Positions 57,078 to 64,000 of a stretch of 64,000 nucleotides of DNA are shown here, piece by piece (within the stretch, counting starts at the first letter, position 1; every line of letters starts with the position of its first letter). The notes under the pieces were generated by a model. The model was given only the letters and a program-made list of their open reading frames with translations, searched no databases and had not been told where the DNA came from. The stretch spans positions 813 to 64,812 of the forward strand of contig LSNO01000017.1 in NCBI GenBank assembly GCA_002082305.1, given 5' to 3'. The stretch comes from SAR324 cluster bacterium SAR324-CTD7B (lineage in GTDB: Bacteria > SAR324 > NAC60-12). The translations under genes and the position numbers were made by a program.

Positions 57078-58454
57078 TCAGGAACTGAAAAGTGGAGAAA
57101 AGCTGACATTAAAAGCAAAACCGAGATAAATGGCGATTCCAATGATGTCGCTGGTTGTAGTAATAAAAGGCCCTGTTGCTATAGCAGGATCGATATTCAT
57201 TCGTTTGAGTATAATTGGAATTGTTGAACCAACTGCTGCTGCAAAACAAACAACGATCAATAATGAAAATCCGGATGTAAAGGCCCTCCCAACATCATCA
57301 GTCAGGTACCATGACATGCCTGCCAGTATGAAAGAACAAATAATTCCATTCAAAAATGCGACCCTTAACTCTTTCCAGAGCCGAACAAGAATATCAGTAG
57401 TTTGTATTGCTCCTGTGGCAAGTCCACGCACAACAATTGAAGAAGACTGTATGCCGATACTTCCTCCAAGTGCTGCTACAAGAGGAATAAAATAAGTTAC
57501 ATCCGGTAGCGAAATAAGAGCATTTTCATACAAACTCATCACTATAGCAGTTAAAAAACCTCCAAACAAACCAACCAGCAGCCAGGGCAACCTATCACCT
57601 GAAGCTCGTAAAACCGATGTCTCACTAACCTCTTCGTCCCCTGTACCGGCAATATGACCCATATCTTCATTATATTCATCAACAATCACATCCACCAAAT
57701 CATCCAGAGTAATACGGCCGATTAGACGCAAATGCTTATCTATTACCGGAACCACTACCAAATCATATTCCTGCGCAATTCGTGCAACTTCCTCCTGATC
57801 CAAATCCTGATCAACAGCAACCACTTCAGGATTCATCAAATTTTCAATTAATTTATGGCGCTCCGCCAACAAAAGTTCAGTCGTACCAATTGTACCAATC
57901 AAGTGATCATGATCATCGACAACGTAAGCTGTATAAAATAATTCGAAACCCTCCTTTTTAACAAATTTTTGTATTTCTTTGATTGCTGTCGCAACCGTTT
58001 GGTCTCTACGGATCGCCACAACATAGGGCGTCATGAGTCCGCCTGCACTTTCTTCATCATATTGAAGAAGATTGGTCAGTTCTTCACGATCTTTTTCCGG
58101 CAATTTCTCAAGCAACGCTTCTGCTTTTTCATCATCCAACAGACCAACAAAGTCAGCCGCATCGTCCTGCGGCATATCCTCGATTGCATTACTCAATCGA
58201 TCAGTAGATATTTGTTCTACAATGTCGCCAAGAATGGAAGGTGAATCCTGCAGATTGTTTAGCACCTCTGAAGACGTTTCCCGATCCAGATTTTCCAGTA
58301 ATACCAACTGTTGCTTCAATTTTAACTGCAGCAGAATGTTGGCAATTTCCACAGGTTTAAGCGGTTCAAGTATGCTTTTCAGCAACTGTGTCCGTTCCGT
58401 GTTGATCAGTTTATTGACCAGCTTATGGATTTGTGTGTCGCGACTTTTAGTCAT
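57078..58454 (-). CDS. mgtE: magnesium transporter MgtE
   Basis: 458 aa with an N-domain, tandem CBS domains and a C-terminal 5-TM domain carrying 'GGSIGIQSSSIVVRGLATG' and 'DPAIATGPFITTTSDIIG'. Confidence 0.94.
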   Translation of the reverse strand: MTKSRDTQIHKLVNKLINTERTQLLKSILEPLKPVEIANILLQLKLKQQLVLLENLDRETSSEVLNNLQDSPSILGDIVEQISTDRLSNAIEDMPQDDAADFVGLLDDEKAEALLEKLPEKDREELTNLLQYDEESAGGLMTPYVVAIRRDQTVATAIKEIQKFVKKEGFELFYTAYVVDDHDHLIGTIGTTELLLAERHKLIENLMNPEVVAVDQDLDQEEVARIAQEYDLVVVPVIDKHLRLIGRITLDDLVDVIVDEYNEDMGHIAGTGDEEVSETSVLRASGDRLPWLLVGLFGGFLTAIVMSLYENALISLPDVTYFIPLVAALGGSIGIQSSSIVVRGLATGAIQTTDILVRLWKELRVAFLNGIICSFILAGMSWYLTDDVGRAFTSGFSLLIVVCFAAAVGSTIPIILKRMNIDPAIATGPFITTTSDIIGIAIYLGFAFNVSFSPLFSS

Positions 58455-58489
58455 GATTCTATCTGCAAAAAATTCAATTATATCTGCAC

Positions 58490-59995
58490 TTATTTAAGCG
58501 GTTGCCATTCCTGCACAAAATCTACAAGCAGTCTCACCCCGACACCGGTAGCCCCACTGTTGGGCTGGTAACCAAGATGTTTTACATTCCAGGATGTTCC
58601 TGCTATATCAAGATGGACCCAAGGTGTTTTATCTACAAAATGTTCTAAAAACAGACCTCCTACTATGACTCCGGAATCACCTCCGCCAATATTTTGCAGG
58701 TCTGCATATTTTCCCTTGATGGATTCGCCGTATTCGGGGAAGCTTGGAAACTGCCAGACCCGGTCACCACTAATATTTCCTGCTCTACGTACTTGTTCCA
58801 TCAAGGCATCATTGTTCGAGACTGCTCCAGTAGTGAGGTGTCCTAGTGCAGCAACACATGCCCCTGTGAGAGTTGCCAGGTCGATAACCGCATCAGGCTT
58901 GTACTCCTTAACAACATAACTAAGTGCATCACCAAGAATCAGTCGGCCTTCTGCATCTGTGTTGAGGATTTCAACCCGTTTGCCGTTGTGTGCTGTAACT
59001 ATGTCTCCCGGACGTTGGGCATCGCCGCCAGGCATATTTTCCGTTGTTGGAATAACAGCAATAATATTTAGTTTTGGGTTAACCTGTCCTATGACTTTCA
59101 TTGCACCCAAAACGGCTGCAGCACCGCACATATCGAATTTCATTTCGTCCATATTTTTCCCAGGCTTGAGTGAAATTCCACCTGAATCAAATGTTACGCC
59201 TTTTCCAACAATTGCAACTGTTTGTTTGGCCTGCTGATGAGCATACTCCAAAATAATTAATTTAGCCGGTTCCCGGGAACCTCTTGACACACCAAGCAGC
59301 ATCTCCATACCAAGTTTTTTCATGTCTTTTTCTTCCAAAACCGTGCATTCCATTTTGTATTTTACAGCAATCCTTTTTGCCTCAGCCGCCAGATCTTTTG
59401 GTTTCAAATCATTTGCGGGCGTATTACCTAATGTGCGGGCCAGATTTGTCCCGTCAGCACGTATTTTCCCCTTTTTTAATACTTTCAATGAAGTAAGTTT
59501 TTCCGGGTCACAACATTTAATCGTAATTGATCTGGAGTTTTGTTTTTCATTTTGTGATTTTTTGTAAGTGTTAAACTCATAGGCACCTAAAGTTAAACCT
59601 TCTACCAGGACCTGTCCTGCATCTACTTCAACCGCATTTTGAATAAGTGAGGTCACAACAAATCCCACCTTATTTGCTTTCAGTAAAGTCAGCATTTTTC
59701 CCGCTTTTCCTGCAGCACGTCTCAACGTCTCTGCATCTAATTCATCTTTTTTACCCAGACCAACCGCTAAAATTTGCGGGATTTTTGCATAACCAGAAAA
59801 CAAATGCTGACTTTTGTCTTTCTTACCGGTAAAAACTTTCAATTTAATTGAGGCGTTCAGGTTTTTTTTGAGATCTCCAGGAAGGGACCTTAGTCCACTT
59901 CCAGAAAGGTCTGAGTCTTCAACGACAAATACGACCAGAGCTTCCAGTTTTTCACTTGTGAGAGAATCATTACTGTATTCAATTTTTAGTTCCAT
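58490..59995 (-). CDS. pepA: leucyl aminopeptidase (M17)
   Basis: 501 aa with 'VGKGVTFDSGGISLKP', 'MKFDMCGAAAV' and 'NTDAEGRLILGDAL', M17 metal-binding and signature motifs. Confidence 0.94.
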   Translation of the reverse strand: MELKIEYSNDSLTSEKLEALVVFVVEDSDLSGSGLRSLPGDLKKNLNASIKLKVFTGKKDKSQHLFSGYAKIPQILAVGLGKKDELDAETLRRAAGKAGKMLTLLKANKVGFVVTSLIQNAVEVDAGQVLVEGLTLGAYEFNTYKKSQNEKQNSRSITIKCCDPEKLTSLKVLKKGKIRADGTNLARTLGNTPANDLKPKDLAAEAKRIAVKYKMECTVLEEKDMKKLGMEMLLGVSRGSREPAKLIILEYAHQQAKQTVAIVGKGVTFDSGGISLKPGKNMDEMKFDMCGAAAVLGAMKVIGQVNPKLNIIAVIPTTENMPGGDAQRPGDIVTAHNGKRVEILNTDAEGRLILGDALSYVVKEYKPDAVIDLATLTGACVAALGHLTTGAVSNNDALMEQVRRAGNISGDRVWQFPSFPEYGESIKGKYADLQNIGGGDSGVIVGGLFLEHFVDKTPWVHLDIAGTSWNVKHLGYQPNSGATGVGVRLLVDFVQEWQPLK

Positions 59996-60528
59996 TGTTA
60001 AAACTTTTTATAAAAAGATGATAATTCAGCACCCAACTACTAAAAACACGGTATTTAAGTGTCGGGTTAATTTTTTTCAGTAATCACCATACCCAGCCTG
60101 CAGAGAAACAGACAAGACTTTAGTGTAAAAGGCGTTAATTCATTACCAGAGAGATTGCAGTCTGCGTCCGCCACTTATAAGATAATCTGCATCAATTCCA
60201 AGATATCTTAAATGATTAAAGGCAGACCAGATGACAACAGCAAAACAAAGAGTCAGTAAAAAAACTGTCATAAACATAAACTATTAAAAAGTTGGCAAAC
60301 AATTTTCATCAAGCAGCTTTAGTTAATATAAAAGTTGACATAGTCAGTAAGAGACTATAGATTTCTTCGATGAATTTTACTTTTTACTTATACTTGATTC
60401 ATCTTCCAAAATCAACTTTGCAGTTTTCAAAAAGCTTCATAGTCCTTTGTTAGAAAAGTCAAAAAACATAAACAGATAATTCCTATTATTCTCACTTCCC
60501 ACCATTTTTTCCCAAATCCTTGTGATTC

Positions 60529-63500
60529 ATGTTCAAGGCCAAAATAATATTTAACATTCAGTTTACTTTTTTCCTTTTCCTGATACTGGGATTTTCTTTG
60601 GGAACACCAAATTATTCCACAGCCGGAGAAGAACAACCTGTTCTGACATACAACTGGATTCCACAGTTTTATGGAAAGCTGAAAGGTGAAACAAAGTTAC
60701 TTTACACACGCAGCTTTGCACGGAGTATGTTACGTTTTGTAGATATTGACGATGATGGAGATGATGACCTGTTTGTTGGAAAAGCGGATGGGCGCATTGC
60801 TTTTTTTCACAATCAAGGCAGCACTGCAACTCCGTTCTTCAAATTGATAACAGAAGATTTAGTAGTAATTCATGAAGGTGTAGACAAACAAAGCAATGCC
60901 ATACTAATACAAACCATTCTTGATGTTGGAAACAATGCTGCTCCAGAGTTTGTTGACATCGACAATGACGGAGACTTTGATCTTTTGATTGGTTCCAAAG
61001 ATGGCCATATTTTCCACTACGAAAACCGGGGGAACAAACTCAGCCCCCGATTTTTCCGTAAAACTCCTATTTACATGGGTCTGAAATTTGGAGGGAACAG
61101 TGTGCCGCGTTTAGCTGATGTTAACGGTGACAGAACTTATGATTTACTGGTAGGCACAGGTTCAGGTAAAATTCACATATTTTTTAATTCCGGAATGACC
61201 CAGGAGGCTGTTTTTTGTCAAGCGTTTAAGGTCTCAGATCCACCAGATAAACGTTGCAAATTTCAACCTGAACTAGTTGCAGACATTGCCCCTCAAGCCG
61301 ATGCCGTTCCTGAATTGGTGGATTGGGATCAAGATAAGGATTTGGATCTGGTTGTTGGAAAATCAAACGGAAAAATCAATTATTATCTCAATACCGGAAA
61401 TAACTTTGCTCCATTATGGAGCCTAAAATCCAGACATTTCCAGTTTATTGACGTCGGCGGCAGTGCTGCACCTACATTTCATGATTTGAACCAGGACGGT
61501 TTTTCAGAACTATTTTTAGGTACGTCTTCCTCAAAGATTATCTATTATGAAAATCATGAAATCCTGCTGGATTTGCTTCGAAAAATATCTGCTATTCAGC
61601 TGGTAAAGATTGATATGTCTGCCTCATTTGAAAAAGTCCTCTCTCAAGCATGTTCTCAATTAAGAGGACTTCCGGAATGCCTTGTACCACTTGCAGTTGC
61701 TTTCGGTGTACCTGAAGGAACAAAGATTAACAGAATGGTGGAGTTGTACCCCTTTATTTTGCGTCCGGATTTAAGTATAAAATCCAATTCCGATAATACC
61801 GCCGATTTTGCTGAGGTTTCCAGTAATTCAATTAAAAGTGAAGCAGACACTTCTAAGCAACAAAACTCAGTTGTTAATGCAAACATTCAGGATGACAACA
61901 AAGAAAATCCGGAAAATGCAGTAACACAGGCAGACCAAGCAACTGCAGCTGGAGAATCAGAAACTGAAAAAGATGTGATAAAAGAAAAAATTGAAAAATT
62001 AACTTCTCAGGGAATTATTACACGAAATCAACTCTGGTTATCCAGCAGAAACTTTTTGAAGATAGAGAATCTAATTGGCAGTGACCGCCACTCCTTCCTT
62101 ACGAGCGGCGACTGGAACCAGGATGGCCGGATAGATATCCTCCTCGGCAGTCGTTCAGGGAAAATATTTGCTTTTGAAAACCGTGCTGATAAAGGCACAG
62201 ACTGGTATGAACTTAAATTCCCTGTACTTGAAAATAATAAGAGACAGTACAGTTCTCCTGTTTTATCAGATATTGACGCAGATGGAGATTTAGATATTAT
62301 CAGCGGAAATAGAAACGGAAAATTGGAATGGATACTAAACCGCGGTTCAGAAAAAAGACCGGAATGGGTGGTACATGACGTAAATTTATCACAAATTGAT
62401 GTAGGAAGTTTCAGTACACCATTGTTAAATGATATGGATGGAGATGACGACCTGGATCTCCTGGTAGGAAACAGTAAGGGCTTGATTATTTATTATGAAA
62501 ATCAAGGTAACAAAAACACACCGCATTTTGTGCTGCGCAACACACGCATTGCAGGGTTTCAAATGAAAGCCAGTTCTGCACCAACTTTTTGGAAATGGAA
62601 CGGAGACAAGCACCCTGACCTTGTTGTTGGCGGGCGAGAGGGATTTTTAAGTCTAATCAGTCATCTTCCTCCTGAAAGTTCCCCTGCACTGGGTGGATGG
62701 ACCCTGGAGGCCGAACACTGGCAAAATATCAAGGCCATCGGGTACAGCACACCGCATTTTGTGGATTTTGAAGGTGACAACAAAACAGATTTGCTGATTG
62801 GTGATGTACATGGTAATTTGCTTTATTGGAAAAATGGCGGCCTGAAAAAGACAATAGAGTCTAAACAGGAAAGTACGCTTGTTCTTACAGAAAACACTTT
62901 GGAGGATGAAGAGCAGGAGGAAGAAAATGAACAAGCAGACAGCACGATTATTCCAGTTGAGAATACTGAAACTGAACAAGATTCTAAAGCAATCGGACCT
63001 ATTGAACCATCTTTTGAGTTTGTAAGTTCCAGGTATGGGAACCTGGAACTTGGGCGTCGTGCTTTTCCTGCATTTATGGATGTGGACGGCGATAACAATC
63101 TTGATTTAATTGTTGGAAACAGTGCCGGTGAGTTAAGATACTACCGACGTGAACTAGGCTCAGGCGATGCGCTGTGGACTCTTGAAAGCAAGCACTTTCT
63201 AGGCTATCAGGGCAGAAAAAATTCCGCTCCGGTTTTTGCGGATTTGGATGGTGATGGAGATTTTGATCTGCTGGTTGGCAATCAAGAAGGAAGTATTGAC
63301 TACTGGGAGAATAAAGGCAATTCTGAGATAGCTGACTTCGTCTACAATCCTACTCAGTTTATTGGTGTGACTGGAGGAAGAAACTCAGTCCCAGCTGTTC
63401 TAGACCTGAATGGTGACGGCCGTAATGATTTGCTGACAGGAAACTTCATCGGTCAACTGCGTAAATTTGATCGTATAGAACAGGGCAACGGTTTTTATTT

Positions 63501-63813
63501 TCGACTTGAAAGACGCAAATACTTAAATTTAGATATTGGTATTGGTTCTGTACCTAAAATTACTGACCTCAATAATGATCAGCAGCCAGACCTGATTATT
63601 GGCTCTGACTCAGGAAATATCATCAGCTTTCAGCCTGATCCGGAAAAACCAGGTATTCTATCCTGGAAACCTTCTCCGGAATATTTTAAACAACTGAATT
63701 TACCAATTGGTGGAAACCCTGAATTTGTTGATTTGGATACAGATGGTGACTTGGATTTGATAGTAGGCAGTGAGGAAGGAACCCTGTATTACTTCCGTAA
63801 CACAGGGCGCTGA
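60529..63813 (+). CDS. large secreted FG-GAP/VCBS repeat protein
   Basis: 1094 aa with a signal peptide and more than 12 repeats of the Ca-binding 'D-x-D/N-x-D-G-x-x-D-L-x-x-G' type ('DIDNDGDFDLLIG', 'DLDGDGDFDLLVG', 'DLDTDGDLDLIVG'). It is interrupted by two acidic low-complexity linkers. Confidence 0.85.
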   Translation: MFKAKIIFNIQFTFFLFLILGFSLGTPNYSTAGEEQPVLTYNWIPQFYGKLKGETKLLYTRSFARSMLRFVDIDDDGDDDLFVGKADGRIAFFHNQGSTATPFFKLITEDLVVIHEGVDKQSNAILIQTILDVGNNAAPEFVDIDNDGDFDLLIGSKDGHIFHYENRGNKLSPRFFRKTPIYMGLKFGGNSVPRLADVNGDRTYDLLVGTGSGKIHIFFNSGMTQEAVFCQAFKVSDPPDKRCKFQPELVADIAPQADAVPELVDWDQDKDLDLVVGKSNGKINYYLNTGNNFAPLWSLKSRHFQFIDVGGSAAPTFHDLNQDGFSELFLGTSSSKIIYYENHEILLDLLRKISAIQLVKIDMSASFEKVLSQACSQLRGLPECLVPLAVAFGVPEGTKINRMVELYPFILRPDLSIKSNSDNTADFAEVSSNSIKSEADTSKQQNSVVNANIQDDNKENPENAVTQADQATAAGESETEKDVIKEKIEKLTSQGIITRNQLWLSSRNFLKIENLIGSDRHSFLTSGDWNQDGRIDILLGSRSGKIFAFENRADKGTDWYELKFPVLENNKRQYSSPVLSDIDADGDLDIISGNRNGKLEWILNRGSEKRPEWVVHDVNLSQIDVGSFSTPLLNDMDGDDDLDLLVGNSKGLIIYYENQGNKNTPHFVLRNTRIAGFQMKASSAPTFWKWNGDKHPDLVVGGREGFLSLISHLPPESSPALGGWTLEAEHWQNIKAIGYSTPHFVDFEGDNKTDLLIGDVHGNLLYWKNGGLKKTIESKQESTLVLTENTLEDEEQEEENEQADSTIIPVENTETEQDSKAIGPIEPSFEFVSSRYGNLELGRRAFPAFMDVDGDNNLDLIVGNSAGELRYYRRELGSGDALWTLESKHFLGYQGRKNSAPVFADLDGDGDFDLLVGNQEGSIDYWENKGNSEIADFVYNPTQFIGVTGGRNSVPAVLDLNGDGRNDLLTGNFIGQLRKFDRIEQGNGFYFRLERRKYLNLDIGIGSVPKITDLNNDQQPDLIIGSDSGNIISFQPDPEKPGILSWKPSPEYFKQLNLPIGGNPEFVDLDTDGDLDLIVGSEEGTLYYFRNTGR

Positions 63814-63879
63814 TCATTTCAACTGGAGTACAGTGAGCACAAACACAAATGAGTACTTGATGCCCACTGGAATAATAGT

Positions 63880-64000
63880 CTATCCAATCAACTTCAGCAC
63901 AGTCATAGAATTCTGATTTGCCTGTGCCAGCATGGAAGTACTTGCTTCCATCATGATCTGATTACGTGTGAACGTTGCCATTTCTTCGGCCATGTCCGCA
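63880..64000 (-). CDS. flagellin, C-terminal fragment (gene continues beyond the window)
   Basis: The minus-strand translation '...ADMAEEMATFTRNQIMMEASTSMLAQANQNSMTVLKLIG*' matches the conserved flagellin C-terminal D0 helix. TAG stop at 63880-63882. Too short to appear in the ORF track. Confidence 0.8.
   Translation of the reverse strand, partial: ADMAEEMATFTRNQIMMEASTSMLAQANQNSMTVLKLIG

Noticed and set aside
57071-57142. Longest-ORF N-terminal extensions that overlap upstream genes: holB to 57142 (65-nt overlap with mgtE), DUF58 to 13332 (68-nt overlap), DUF790 to 32231 (212-nt overlap), and glnB to 1713.
   Set aside because: Family-typical N-termini begin at internal start codons (57070, 13260, 32084, 1755), which also give compact gene junctions. 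The extensions have no conserved features.
58455-58489. Looked for an M-box riboswitch upstream of mgtE and a cobalamin riboswitch upstream of icmF (47006-47012).
   Set aside because: The spacers are only 35 nt and 7 nt, far too short for these elements.
60143-60271. 42-codon minus-strand ORF (MTVFLLTLCFAVVIWSAFNHLRYLGIDADYLISGGRRLQSLW) upstream of pepA, with one predicted TM helix.
   Set aside because: There is no recognisable ribosome-binding site and it is below any length where composition is informative. It could be real, but I cannot support it from sequence alone.

Overview
This is a 64-kb chromosomal window from a low-GC (roughly 40%) bacterium. The taxon cannot be assigned from the sequence alone. 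Gene content includes a partial flagellin, a Bat/MoxR aerotolerance-type operon, tig-clpP-clpX and a type III PKS, which suggests an environmental, possibly marine, proteobacterium-like lineage. I support about 50 protein-coding genes, most on the minus strand and tightly packed. I recognised no rRNA, tRNA or CRISPR array. Main points follow. (1) An AhpD/CMD-family 'peroxidase-related' gene (4778-5356, minus) continues in frame through a TGA at the second Cys of its CxxC redox motif. This predicts a CxxU selenoprotein with a candidate SECIS hairpin, and it explains an apparently empty 390-bp gap in the ORF track. (2) Four intergenic copies of a ~150-bp MITE-like element built from two inverted GTCATyyC...GrrATGAC arms lie at 5375-5522, 10530-10683, 44953-45145 and 52794-52942. 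One splits the Bat operon and one abuts the selenoprotein start. (3) A minus-strand lipid cluster spans 33530-37992: FAD oxidoreductase (frameshifted), KAS I/II-type ketosynthase, ACP, type III PKS and an ICMT-type membrane methyltransferase. This is a phenolic-lipid (alkylresorcinol/alkylpyrone-type) cluster with an unusual starter-supply module. (4) An XPB-like helicase overlaps a DUF790/Bax1-like nuclease gene. (5) The Bat operon is atypical, with an LtaS/sulfatase-family gene inserted, BatB and BatC fused, and an MscS channel coupled to batD. (6) Two single-nucleotide frameshifts sit at homopolymers (C5/G5 at 37468-37472, A8 at 46314-46321). They are either real inactivation/slippage sites or assembly errors. 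The rest is housekeeping: glnB, argD-like, gmd, DUF47-pit, peptidase U32, PfkB kinase, gcdH, Ldh_2 dehydrogenase, icmF, tsaC-like, recD2, holB, mgtE, pepA, and a 1094-aa FG-GAP repeat protein.
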